From Acidimicrobiia bacterium (GTDB lineage: Bacteria; Acidobacteriota; Vicinamibacteria; Vicinamibacterales; UBA2999), in assembly GCA_038144855.1 (NCBI GenBank), contig JAYQOO010000002.1, positions 36,742 to 100,741 of the forward strand: a stretch of 64,000 nucleotides of DNA, given 5' to 3'. The notes beneath the pieces were generated by a model. That model was not told the origin of the DNA. It saw only the letters and a list, made by a program, of their open reading frames with translations, and ran no database searches. A program made the translations under genes and the position numbers. This document shows positions 8,597 through 17,734 of this stretch, in pieces. How positions within the stretch are numbered: position 1 is the stretch's first letter; every line of letters begins with the position of its first letter.

Positions 8597-10287
8597 TGTC
8601 CGCCATCGACTGGTCGATCATCGGGCTCTACCTGGCGTGGATCGTGTGGGACGGCATCCGCATGAGCCGCGACACCGGCAAGATCGAAGGCTATTTCCTG
8701 GCCAGCAAGAGCCTGCCGTGGTGGGCGGTCGGCCTGTCGGTCATGGCGACGCAGTTGTCGGCGATTACCATGACCAGCAGCACCGGCCAGGGGTATGCCG
8801 ACGGCATCGGCCTGCTGCAGCAGTACTATGCGCTGCCGATCGCGATGATCATCATCTCGGTCACGTTCGTCCCGTTTTTCCGCAACGCCAATATCTACAC
8901 CGCCTACGAGTATCTCGAACGCCGCTTCGACGCCCGCGTGCGCTCGATGACGGCGCTGCTGTTTCTGTTCTCGAGAGGCATGAGCACGGGCGTCGTGATC
9001 TCGGCGCCGGCGGTGGTGTTGTCGGTGCTGATCGGCGCCGATATCAGCACCATCTGCGTGCTGCTGGCCGTGCCGACGGCCATTTACACGATGTATGGCG
9101 GCGTCCAGGCGGTGGCCTGGACCGACGTCAAGCAGATGTACTTGATCGTGTTCGGTCTCGTCGCGGCGACCGTGACGCTCGTCACCGGCCTGCCGGACGC
9201 GATCAGCGTCAACGATGCGCTGACGCTTGCCGGTACTGCCGGCAAGTTGCAGGCGTTCAACTTCTCGACCGACCCGTCGGTCCGGTTCACGTTCTGGACC
9301 GGCACGCTGGGCGCGCTGTTCCTGTTCCTGTCGTACTTCGGCACCGACCAGAGCCAGGTGCAACGCTACTTGACGGCGAAGTCCGACGCCGAGGCGCAGA
9401 CGTCGCTGTTCATGAGCGCCTACTGGAAGATTCCGCTGCAGGCGCTGGTGATGGTCATTGGCGTGCTGATGTTCGTGTTCTACCTGTTCACGCCACCGCC
9501 CATGCTGTTCAACTCCGTGCACGAGCAGCGCGTGCGCGCCAGCGCGCGGGCGGGCGAGTATGCCGGTCTCGAACAGCGATTCAGTGTGGCCGTCGATGCC
9601 CGGTCCGCTGCGGCGCAGCAGCTGGCGCAGGCGGAGCGCGCCGGCGACTCGACGGCGATCGCCGCCCAGCAGGCCGCGTTTCGTGACAGCGAGGCTCAGG
9701 TCAAGGGCGTGCGCACCGAAGCAATTGCACTCGTCAAGGACGTCACCGGCGACCGTTCCTACAACGACGTCAACTACGTGTTTCCGACCTACATCGTGAC
9801 GCAGATGCCGGTCGGACTGATCGGCCTGTTGATGGCGGCGATCTTTGCCGCCGCGATGTCGAGCATCGCCGGTGAGCTGTCGGCGCTGTCGACGTCGACG
9901 GTGATGGACTTCTATCGCCGCTGGGTCAGAAGCGATGCCGATGACGCGCACCTGTTGCGCGTGTCGCGATTTGCGATGTTGTTCTGGGCACTGTTTGCCT
10001 CGATTGTCGCGATCTGGGCGGCGGAGCTGGGATCACTGATCGAGGTGGTGAATCGGTTCGGGTCGTTCTTTTACGGCTCGATTCTCGGCGTGTTCCTGCT
10101 GGCGATTGGCTGGAGCCGTGCCAATGCGATCGGCGCGCTGGTTGGCCTGGTCGCGGGGATGAGCGTGGTGGCCTGCTTCACGCTGTATACCAACGTCGCC
10201 TTCCTCTGGCACAACCTGATCGGCGCCGTTGTCGTTTTCGTCGTCGGCATGATCGTCAGCGAAGTCACCGGGCCGCGAAAGGCGTAA
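8596..10287 (+). CDS. sodium:solute symporter (SSS) family transporter
   Basis: A polytopic membrane protein. The N-terminus MSAIDWSIIGLYLAWIVWDGI is typical of the SSS family. GYFLASKSLPWWAVGLSVMATQLSAITMTS matches the SSS signature region. The track start at 8542 is an out-of-context extension. Confidence 0.85.
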   Translation: MSAIDWSIIGLYLAWIVWDGIRMSRDTGKIEGYFLASKSLPWWAVGLSVMATQLSAITMTSSTGQGYADGIGLLQQYYALPIAMIIISVTFVPFFRNANIYTAYEYLERRFDARVRSMTALLFLFSRGMSTGVVISAPAVVLSVLIGADISTICVLLAVPTAIYTMYGGVQAVAWTDVKQMYLIVFGLVAATVTLVTGLPDAISVNDALTLAGTAGKLQAFNFSTDPSVRFTFWTGTLGALFLFLSYFGTDQSQVQRYLTAKSDAEAQTSLFMSAYWKIPLQALVMVIGVLMFVFYLFTPPPMLFNSVHEQRVRASARAGEYAGLEQRFSVAVDARSAAAQQLAQAERAGDSTAIAAQQAAFRDSEAQVKGVRTEAIALVKDVTGDRSYNDVNYVFPTYIVTQMPVGLIGLLMAAIFAAAMSSIAGELSALSTSTVMDFYRRWVRSDADDAHLLRVSRFAMLFWALFASIVAIWAAELGSLIEVVNRFGSFFYGSILGVFLLAIGWSRANAIGALVGLVAGMSVVACFTLYTNVAFLWHNLIGAVVVFVVGMIVSEVTGPRKA

Positions 10288-10385
10288 TGGGCAAGCCGCT
10301 GCTGATCGCGCTGGTCGGCGTGATTGCGCTGATGGTCGCGTCGTGGACGCTCGGCGAGTTTCTGAGGCAGAGGAAAGATAAGTAG
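10287..10385 (+). CDS. 32-aa single-pass membrane mini-protein (unannotated)
   Basis: MGKPLLIALVGVIALMVASWTLGEFLRQRKDK. 27 of 31 codons end in G or C. The ATG overlaps the symporter stop (TAATG at 10285-10289). It has a basic C-terminal tail. Confidence 0.4.
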   Translation: MGKPLLIALVGVIALMVASWTLGEFLRQRKDK

Positions 10386-10428
10386 CCAGTAGCCAGAAAG
10401 GACAAGAGCTCTTCTGGCTACCGGCTAC
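10382..10428. terminator. long hairpin between convergent genes (candidate bidirectional terminator)
   Basis: GTAGCCAGTAGCCAGAA (10382-10398), a 13-nt loop, then TTCTGGCTACCGGCTAC (10412-10428). This gives a 17-bp stem with one mismatch. There is no U-tract. Confidence 0.45.
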
Positions 10429-10439
10429 CTGGATACTGG

Positions 10440-10736
10440 CTACTTCAGTTGATCGAGCCCCTCTTTCCCAATCACCACGTTCCACACCAGCAACTCGTAC
10501 TGCACGACGCCGGCGGTGTAGTACGGATCCGCGTCGCGAATCGCGTCCAATGACTTCTGGGGGCTGTTGTCGTCCACGCGCAGCAGCATCATCCCGCCGA
10601 ACCGCGGATCGTGCGGGCCGGCGGCGAGGAGCTTGCCCTCTTCCTTGAGCTGGCGCTGGAACGCGCGGTGCGCTTCCTGGTGGACGACGACCTCTTCGAT
10701 CGGGCGGCGGTAGCGGATCAGGGCGAGTGCATACAT
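10440..10736 (-). CDS. YciI-family protein
   Basis: MYALALIRYRRPIEEVVVHQEAHRAFQRQLKEEGKLLAAGP..DPYYTAGVVQYELLVWN is about 98 aa with the YCII-like pattern. The ATG at 10736 is preferred over the track start at 10784. Confidence 0.7.
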   Translation of the reverse strand: MYALALIRYRRPIEEVVVHQEAHRAFQRQLKEEGKLLAAGPHDPRFGGMMLLRVDDNSPQKSLDAIRDADPYYTAGVVQYELLVWNVVIGKEGLDQLK

Positions 10737-10886
10737 GGCTGGAACAGGATAGCTCAGTCCCACAAACGGACACCCTTCCGGCACCTGCCAACCGTTTCAA
10801 CTCCGTAACCGTCCATTAATCAGCGGGTTACACGAAGAGGGCAGATTGGTACGGTACTCGCTACATAGCAGCCGGACACAGGCAGC

Positions 10887-11138
10887 ATGGCCACCCTGAA
10901 AGTCACGACCGACCGCCCTCGACAGCTCCCCAGGAGCCGTTTCTGGCCCCGTGTCTTCGGGGCGGTGAGTGTTGGCGCAGTGGCTCTTGCCCCGGTGGCG
11001 ACCCTTGCGCTGTGGCTTCTGCTCACCGACCCGGTGACCGCGGCCGCCGTGATGGAGCGTGGCGATCTGCTGCCCGTGGTTTCGGCGATGCTCAAGCTGT
11101 TGGGCAAGGCGCTGATGTCGGTGATGTCCGCGCTCTAG
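10887..11138 (+). CDS. hypothetical small membrane protein
   Basis: An 83-aa ORF with a basic N-terminus followed by a hydrophobic span VFGAVSVGAVALAPVATLALWLLL. No recognisable family. Confidence 0.35.
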   Translation: MATLKVTTDRPRQLPRSRFWPRVFGAVSVGAVALAPVATLALWLLLTDPVTAAAVMERGDLLPVVSAMLKLLGKALMSVMSAL

Positions 11139-11206
11139 GCGTCAGCCTTCGCGAGAATCTGTCCCGGCCGAGGCAGATTGGTGCCGTTAGTAAATAAAAT
11201 ACGGCG

Positions 11207-12580
11207 ATGCCGACGCTGACCTTCCTGGGGGCCGCCCGCACTGTGACGGGCTCCAAACATCTCCTCGAGGTCGACGACCGGCGCATCCTGTTCGACTGCG
11301 GCATGTTCCAGGGCCTCAAGGAATTGCGGCAGCGAAACTGGTCGCCGCTGCCCGTGCCGCCAGACACGATCGACGCGGTCGTCCTCACCCACGCGCACAT
11401 CGATCACACCGGATGGTTGCCGCGCCTGGTGGCGCAGGGCTTTACGGGGCCGATTTACTGCACCGAAGGCACGGCAGACTTGTGCCGGCTGGTGTTGCCC
11501 GACGCGGCGCACATCCAAGAGGAAGACGCGAAGTTCGCCAACTCGCGCGGCTACAGCAAGCATCACCCCGCGTTGCCGCTCTACACCGAGGCGGACGCGG
11601 CCGAAGCGCTGACGCGCCTTCGTCCCTGGAAATTCAATCAGAAGCTGGCCATCGGCCAGGGTCTCGAGGCGGAGTTCATCAACGCCGGTCACCTGCTTGG
11701 ATCGTCCTACGTGCTGGTGACGCGCGCGGATGGTAGCGGCGGACGCATCCTGTTTGGCGGCGATCTCGGCCGCTACTCCCGGCCGATCCTCCCGGATCCT
11801 TCCCCCGCTGTGGACGCGGACGTGCTGCTGGTTGAGTCGACCTACGGCGACCGTCTTCACGCTCCGGAGGATGACGGCGCGAAGCTGGCGAGCATCATCA
11901 GCGATACGGCCGCCCGCCGCGGCAAGGTCATCATTCCTGCGTTTGCGATCGGCCGCGTCGAAGAGCTGCTGTACTGGCTGTTCAAACTGGAAGATGAAGG
12001 CCGGCTGCCGAAGCTGCCGATCTATGTCGACAGCCCCATGGCGATCAAGGGCCTCGAGTACTACGCGGCCCACGCCGGTGAGCTCGATCCCGAGATCACG
12101 GCCATGCGGCGTAAATTGCCTCGCTTCACTTCCATCAACTCCGCCCGCGAGTCCAAGGCGCTGGTCGAGAACGATCACCCCGCCGTGGTGATTGCCTCGA
12201 GCGGCATGGCCAGCGGCGGCCGCGTGGTGCATCACCTGTTTGCAGGACTACCGGATCCGCGAAATACGGTGCTGTTTGTCGGGTTCCAGGCGGCGGGCAC
12301 GAGGGGCCGCCTGCTGATCGAGGGCGCCCAGCACGTGAAGATGTTCGGCCAGAGCGTACCGGTCCACGCCAGAATAGAGAAGATCAACGGCATGTCCTCG
12401 CACGCCGACGCGGGCGAGATCGTCCGGTGGTTGCGCACGTTCTCGCGCCCGCCGAAGACCACGTACCTGGTGCACGGCGAACCCGTGGCCCAAGACGCGC
12501 TCAAAGCGCGCATCGTGAAAGAGCTTGGATGGACAGTAGAGATCCCGACGCACGGGCAGAGAGTCAACCTGCCGCTGTAG
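11207..12580 (+). CDS. MBL-fold beta-CASP family hydrolase (RNA-metabolising metallo-beta-lactamase type)
   Basis: VVLTHAHIDHTGWLP (the HxHxDH motif). The length and C-terminal SSHAD motif are typical of beta-CASP ribonucleases. Confidence 0.8.
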   Translation: MPTLTFLGAARTVTGSKHLLEVDDRRILFDCGMFQGLKELRQRNWSPLPVPPDTIDAVVLTHAHIDHTGWLPRLVAQGFTGPIYCTEGTADLCRLVLPDAAHIQEEDAKFANSRGYSKHHPALPLYTEADAAEALTRLRPWKFNQKLAIGQGLEAEFINAGHLLGSSYVLVTRADGSGGRILFGGDLGRYSRPILPDPSPAVDADVLLVESTYGDRLHAPEDDGAKLASIISDTAARRGKVIIPAFAIGRVEELLYWLFKLEDEGRLPKLPIYVDSPMAIKGLEYYAAHAGELDPEITAMRRKLPRFTSINSARESKALVENDHPAVVIASSGMASGGRVVHHLFAGLPDPRNTVLFVGFQAAGTRGRLLIEGAQHVKMFGQSVPVHARIEKINGMSSHADAGEIVRWLRTFSRPPKTTYLVHGEPVAQDALKARIVKELGWTVEIPTHGQRVNLPL

Positions 12581-14493
12581 CCGCGACGCGGCGTTATCTC
12601 CTCGAACAGATCGAAGAGGCCGCGGTCGTGCAGTTGTACGCCGACGGGTTCGAGCGCCTGCCATTACAGGAGAAGACGCTCGTCTATCACCTGTACCGCG
12701 CGGCCCTGGCCGGTCGAGACATCTACTACGACCAGCGCCACCGGCATAACCTCGGCATCCGCCACCTCCTCGAGCAGGTGCTTCGCTACTCGAAGGGCGT
12801 GCCGTCCGCGACGCTGGCCGAGCTGACGCGTTACACCAAGCTGTTCTGGCTCAATACCGGCCCGTACAACAACCTGACGGCGCGGAAGTTCCTGCTCGGC
12901 CTCGACCGCCAGCGACTGATCGAGGCGATGGAAGTCGCGGCCATCAATGGCGCGGACTTCCAGCTGGCGGGCGAGACGATCGCGGCGCGCGTCGAACGCT
13001 ATGCGCGCATGCTCTTCGATCCCGACTTTGAGCCGATGGTGACCTGCAAGACGCCGGGCGACGGCATCGACATCCTTTCCGCGAGTGCCAACAACCTCTA
13101 TGACGGCGTGACGATGGCCGACCTGGACGGTTTCGAAGAGAAGAATCAGTTGAATGCGCGGCTCGCCAAGCGAGACGGCACGCTGGTTGAAGAAGTCTAT
13201 AAGGTCGGCGGGCTCTACGATCGCGAACTCTCGGAGATCGTCCGTCACCTGCGCAACGCGATTCCGTTGGCGCCGGAGCCGTTCGCGAAAGCGCTGAGCG
13301 GGTTGGTGACGTGGTACGAGACCGGCCTCGACAGCGATCGCGAAGCGTTCGACATTGCCTGGGTGCAGAACCGCGACTCCGCCGTCGACACCATGAATGG
13401 CTTCATCGAGGTCTACATGGACGCGCGCGGCATGAAGGGCGCGTGGGAAGGCATCGTGTATTACACCAACCACGAGAAGACGGCGAAGATCCGCACGCTG
13501 GCCGAGCACGCGCAGTGGTTTGAAGACCACATGCCGATCGATCCCAAGTACCGCAAGCCGATCGTCCAAGGCGTGTCGGCCCAGGCCATCGAAGTGGTCG
13601 TCGAGGCCGGCGACTCGGGTCCGATCACGCCGATCGGCGTCAACCTGCCCAACGACCAGCGAATCCGCGAACAATACGGCAGCAAGTCCGTGTCGTTGTC
13701 GAACGTGCTCGACGCCTACGAGCAGTCGATGCCCGACGCGTTCCGTCACGAATTCGCGTGGGACGACGCGGAAGTGGAACGCGCCAAGCGGTGGGGCGGA
13801 TTTGCCGGTGAGTTGACGACGGAGATTCACGAGGTGCTGGGCCACGGCTCCGGCCGCATGGCGGAGCACATAGCCGTCACGCCGCAGGACCTGCTGAAGG
13901 AACAGTACTCGGCGCTGGAAGAGACACGCGCGGATCTTGTGGCGTTGTGGTTCGTCGCCGATCCGTACCTGGCGCAGATTGGCCTCGTCCCCTCTGATGA
14001 GCAGCGGGCCGTGGTGCAGACCGAGTACGAAGCCTACGCGCGCAACGCGCTGACGCAGCTGCGGCGTGTCCGCGTCGGCGCGCAGCTCGAGGAAGACCAC
14101 ATGCGCAACCGCCAGGCGATCGTGCACTGGCTCCTCGCCAACACCAAGGCGATCGACGTGCGCCGCCGCGACGACAAGACCTATTTCGTCGTCGTCGACA
14201 CCGACGCGTTTCATGACGGTGTGGGTGTACTCCTGGCCGAGGTGCAGCGCATCAAGTCGGAGGGCGACTACGCGGCGGCGAAGGAGCTGTTCGAGACCTA
14301 CGGCGTGCACTTTGATCCCGACATGCGCGACGAGATCGTGGCACGCGTGGATCATCTGAAGCTCCCGTCGTACACCGGTTTCGTCATGCCCAAACTGGAA
14401 GCGGTCACGGACGCGAGCGGCTCGATCACCGACGTAAAGATTTCGTACCCTTGCGACTTGACCACGCAAATGCTCGAATACTCAGCGCCGTAA
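12529..14493 (+). CDS. peptidase family M49 (dipeptidyl-peptidase III-like)
   Basis: HEVLGHGSG (HExxGH) and EETRADLVALW (EExRAD) are the two M49 zinc-binding motifs. The start is uncertain. ATG 12529 overlaps the upstream gene by 52 nt, and the track start at 12427 adds an Arg-rich extension. Confidence 0.75.
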   Translation: MDSRDPDARAESQPAAVAATRRYLLEQIEEAAVVQLYADGFERLPLQEKTLVYHLYRAALAGRDIYYDQRHRHNLGIRHLLEQVLRYSKGVPSATLAELTRYTKLFWLNTGPYNNLTARKFLLGLDRQRLIEAMEVAAINGADFQLAGETIAARVERYARMLFDPDFEPMVTCKTPGDGIDILSASANNLYDGVTMADLDGFEEKNQLNARLAKRDGTLVEEVYKVGGLYDRELSEIVRHLRNAIPLAPEPFAKALSGLVTWYETGLDSDREAFDIAWVQNRDSAVDTMNGFIEVYMDARGMKGAWEGIVYYTNHEKTAKIRTLAEHAQWFEDHMPIDPKYRKPIVQGVSAQAIEVVVEAGDSGPITPIGVNLPNDQRIREQYGSKSVSLSNVLDAYEQSMPDAFRHEFAWDDAEVERAKRWGGFAGELTTEIHEVLGHGSGRMAEHIAVTPQDLLKEQYSALEETRADLVALWFVADPYLAQIGLVPSDEQRAVVQTEYEAYARNALTQLRRVRVGAQLEEDHMRNRQAIVHWLLANTKAIDVRRRDDKTYFVVVDTDAFHDGVGVLLAEVQRIKSEGDYAAAKELFETYGVHFDPDMRDEIVARVDHLKLPSYTGFVMPKLEAVTDASGSITDVKISYPCDLTTQMLEYSAP

Positions 14494-14525
14494 TGGCCAC
14501 TTTGTAACGGGGACAGACCCCACAC

Positions 14526-16577
14526 ATGCCGAAAACGATTCACATTCTGCCGATCGCGCTGTTCTGCTTTGCAGCATCGGCCTACACACAGACGCTCCAG
14601 GAGCGCATGCTCCAGGCCGAAGACGCGCGTCCGACGACCGAAGCCGGCCTGGCCGCGCTGAAGGAAGGCCTGCAGGGCGGTGGGCGGCGAACCGCGATCC
14701 GCGCGATCGGGCGACTCGAGCGGCCGGAGATGATCGCGTTGATCGCTCCCGCCCTCAACGATGGTGTGGGGATTCGCGCCGAGGCGGCCAACGCGCTGGC
14801 GCAGATGGCACGCACGCCCGCGGCGGTTGCCGAAGTGCAGAAGCTCCTGCTCGCGCGCGCGGCCACCGATGCCGGACTCAACACCTGGGAGTCGTGGGGC
14901 GAGATTGCCGCCGCGCTCGGACGCTTGCCATACGACACGGCGGCGCAGGTCACGGAGACCGAAGCGGTCCTTGTCACGGGCCTGCCGTCGCCGGACTCGA
15001 TGAACGAGCCGGAGACCGCCGCGCTGATCGGATCGGCGCGCGGACTCGAGTCGCTCGCGCGCACCGTGCGCGCAAAGAAGCTGCCGCCGCTCGGCGATCG
15101 CACGTGGGACCTGCTGCGGTGGGCCGCGACCGCGCAGCGATCGGCCACCGACCCGCGATCCGCATTGACCCGCCGCCTCGCGATGGCGGCCCTGGTGACG
15201 GGTAACCAGGCCACGACGTCGATTATCGAGCGTGGGCTGAACGACACCGATTCAGAGGTGCGCCGCTTCGCGGCGGCCGCCGCGGCGACCGATGCGCGCA
15301 TCGACGAACGTGAGCGCGTGATCAAGATCGCGCTGGCCGACAAGGAGCCCCGTGTTCGCTTCCAGGCGCTGCAGGCCTGGGGCCGCCATTTCCAGAAGAC
15401 GTCGTGCGCACCGGTGATCGCGGCCGTGAAGGACGCCAACATCCACGTGCGGCTCCAGGCCATCGACCAGCTCGGCAACGCCTGCCCGGCGAGCGAATCG
15501 CCCGTTGCCCAGTTGCAGGCGATCGTCAGCACGCTTGGCCCGCAGGCTCGCATCTGGCATGCGCCCGCCCACGCCATCGTCGCGCTGGCAAAAATTCAGC
15601 CCGAGGTGGCTCGGGCGGCCATCGCTCCGTTTGTCGCTCACCAGACCTGGCAGGTTCGGATGTACGCTGCGCGCGCGCTTGGCGTCTTCGGGTCAGCCGG
15701 CGATCTCAACGCGCTCGTGGCCGACAAGGTTGATAACGTCGCCGAGGCGGCGCTGTCGGCGCTGATCGACAAGAAAGCGCCCGAAGCGCAAGCCGCCGCA
15801 ATCGCGCTGCTCGATCGCAACGACTACCAGGTGATCCTCACCGCCGCCCGGGCGCTCGAAAACTCCGCCACCGCGACCCGCGCCACCGCGACGCTGCTGA
15901 CGGCCCTCGGACGAATCACCAGGCAGAACAGGGACACCTCGCGCGACCCGCGCATGGCCATTCTGAATCGCCTGCAATCCTACGGAGACACGTCGCAGGC
16001 CGTAAATCTCGAAGGCTACTTGCGCGATTTCGATCCGGCAATCGCACAGAAGACCGCCGAAATCCTGACCGCGTGGACCGGCCGGGCGCGCACCGCAGCG
16101 CCGCAGCCGCTGACGCCGCCCGGCGTGACGATGGCGATGGTGGCGGCGCTACGGGGCAAGTCGCTGCGCTTTCACATGGCCGGCCGTGGCCACTTCGACA
16201 TCGGGCTCGATGTCGATGCCGCGCCGCTCACCGCCATCCGCATCGCCCGCCGCGCTGGCGAGGGCTACTACAACGGCCTGACGTTCCATCGCATCGCCCC
16301 GAACTTCGTGATCCAGGGTGGCAGCCCTGGCGCCAACGAATACATGGGCGAGCCGCACTACATGCGCGATGAACCGGGCCTGCACCTGCGCGGCACCGTC
16401 GGCATCTCGACGCGTGGCCGCGATACCGGCGACGCGCAGATCTTCGTCAACCTGGTCGACTCACCGCGCCTGGATCACATCTATACGGTGTTCGGCACGG
16501 TTGTCGCCGGCATGGATGTGGTTGACGACACGATCGAGGGCGACGTGATCGAGCGGGTCGAAGTCGTCAATCGATGA
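14526..16577 (+). CDS. secreted HEAT-repeat protein fused to a C-terminal cyclophilin-type peptidyl-prolyl isomerase domain
   Basis: Signal peptide MPKTIHILPIALFCFAASAYT. There are repeated Ala/Leu-rich HEAT-like units (..VRRFAAAAA.., ..VRFQALQAW.., ..VRLQAIDQL.., ..VRMYAARAL..). The C-terminus reads YYNGLTFHRIAPNFVIQGGSPGANEY..TVFGTVVAGMDVVD. Confidence 0.8.
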   Translation: MPKTIHILPIALFCFAASAYTQTLQERMLQAEDARPTTEAGLAALKEGLQGGGRRTAIRAIGRLERPEMIALIAPALNDGVGIRAEAANALAQMARTPAAVAEVQKLLLARAATDAGLNTWESWGEIAAALGRLPYDTAAQVTETEAVLVTGLPSPDSMNEPETAALIGSARGLESLARTVRAKKLPPLGDRTWDLLRWAATAQRSATDPRSALTRRLAMAALVTGNQATTSIIERGLNDTDSEVRRFAAAAAATDARIDERERVIKIALADKEPRVRFQALQAWGRHFQKTSCAPVIAAVKDANIHVRLQAIDQLGNACPASESPVAQLQAIVSTLGPQARIWHAPAHAIVALAKIQPEVARAAIAPFVAHQTWQVRMYAARALGVFGSAGDLNALVADKVDNVAEAALSALIDKKAPEAQAAAIALLDRNDYQVILTAARALENSATATRATATLLTALGRITRQNRDTSRDPRMAILNRLQSYGDTSQAVNLEGYLRDFDPAIAQKTAEILTAWTGRARTAAPQPLTPPGVTMAMVAALRGKSLRFHMAGRGHFDIGLDVDAAPLTAIRIARRAGEGYYNGLTFHRIAPNFVIQGGSPGANEYMGEPHYMRDEPGLHLRGTVGISTRGRDTGDAQIFVNLVDSPRLDHIYTVFGTVVAGMDVVDDTIEGDVIERVEVVNR

Positions 16578-17734
16578 TTTCGTCGCGTCTTCCGAAGAGC
16601 CTCGAGCCGAACGCCGTGGCACGCGCGCTTGCCGCGCGCCGCCACGGGCGGCCGATCATCGACCTCACCGCCACCAATCCAACCAGCGCCGGCTTTTCCT
16701 ATCCGGCAGACCTGCTGCAGCCGCTTGCCGATCCGCGCGCGCTGGATTACGAACCTCAGGCCCTCGGGCTGTGGCCGGCCCGCGCGGCCGTGGCCGCCGA
16801 CTTCCGACGCCGTGGCTGCATCATCTCCGCCGATCGTGTGGTGTTGACCTCGAGCACCAGCGAAGCCTACGCGCTGCTCTTCAAGCTGTTGTGCGATGCC
16901 GGCGATGCCGTCCTGGTGCCGCAGCCGAGCTATCCGCTGTTCGAACACCTGACGCAACTCGAGTGCGTGACCGCGATTCCGTACTTGCTCGAGTACCACG
17001 GCAGTTGGCGAATCGACATCGATTCGATCGCGCGGGCCGCGACCGACCGCGTGAAGGCCATCCTCGTGGTATCGCCGAACAATCCGACGGGGTCGTTCCT
17101 CCATCGCGATGACTTCGCGGCCATTGCCACACTTGCGGCCGAGCGGGGCTGGGCGATCATCGGCGACGAAGTGTTTGCGGACTACCCGCTCGATGCCGCG
17201 CCCGATGCGGTTTCGGTGCTGCCGGGTGCGGAGGTGTTGACCTTCAGCCTCGGCGGCCTGTCAAAGTCGTCTGGCCTTCCGCAACTGAAACTCGGATGGA
17301 TCGGCGTGGGCGGTCCGCCCGACGTCGTCGATCGCGCGCTGGCTGCCTACGAAGTGGTGGCCGATACGTATCTGTCGGTGTCGACGGCGGTGCAAACCGC
17401 CGCCGCCGAGCTGATCGAGGCCGGTGCCGGGATTCGCGCGCAGATCCTCGCGCGCGCGCGTCGCAATCTCGATCGGTTGCGCACGGCGGCCTCAGCCCAT
17501 CCCGCAATCGACGTACTGCGCGTGGAAGGCGGGTGGTCGGCCGTGATCCAGGTGCCGCAGATTCGATCCGAAGAGGCGCTCGTGCTCGAGCTGCTCGACC
17601 AGGACGACGTGCTGGTGCATCCCGGCTACTTTTTTGACTTCTCCCGTGAGGCATTCGTCGTCGTCAGCCTCCTCGTCGAGCCGGTGGCGTTCGACACCGC
17701 GGTTGCGCGACTGCTGAAGCGAGCGTCGGCATGA
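16574..17734 (+). CDS. class I/II pyridoxal-phosphate-dependent aminotransferase
   Basis: SPNNPTG, and FSLGGLSKSSGLPQLKLGW containing the PLP lysine region. The start overlaps the upstream stop (ATGA). Confidence 0.8.
   Translation: MISSRLPKSLEPNAVARALAARRHGRPIIDLTATNPTSAGFSYPADLLQPLADPRALDYEPQALGLWPARAAVAADFRRRGCIISADRVVLTSSTSEAYALLFKLLCDAGDAVLVPQPSYPLFEHLTQLECVTAIPYLLEYHGSWRIDIDSIARAATDRVKAILVVSPNNPTGSFLHRDDFAAIATLAAERGWAIIGDEVFADYPLDAAPDAVSVLPGAEVLTFSLGGLSKSSGLPQLKLGWIGVGGPPDVVDRALAAYEVVADTYLSVSTAVQTAAAELIEAGAGIRAQILARARRNLDRLRTAASAHPAIDVLRVEGGWSAVIQVPQIRSEEALVLELLDQDDVLVHPGYFFDFSREAFVVVSLLVEPVAFDTAVARLLKRASA

Noticed and set aside
10840-11182. An exact 11-mer GGCAGATTGGT occurs twice (10840-10850 and 11172-11182). 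Each copy lies about 25-37 nt upstream of a start codon (10887 and 11207), so it was considered as a shared promoter or operator motif.
   Set aside because: In a 64-kb window, hundreds of exact 11-mer coincidences are expected by chance, roughly N^2/2 divided by 4^11. The flanks do not match, and no -10/-35 spacing could be fitted. It is worth a look only if the motif recurs genome-wide upstream of genes.
12427-12528. N-terminal extensions implied by the longest-ORF starts in the track. Affected starts are 2666, 8542, 10784, 12427, 19071, 21110, 26229, 31038, 32827, 37918, 39279, 43008, 56677, 57852 and 62227.
   Set aside because: The extensions are Arg/Pro-rich, overlap neighbouring genes, and precede obvious signal peptides or conserved N-termini. 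Internal ATG or GTG starts fit better, several of them forming ATGA overlaps with the upstream stop. The exact starts remain uncertain without homolog alignment.
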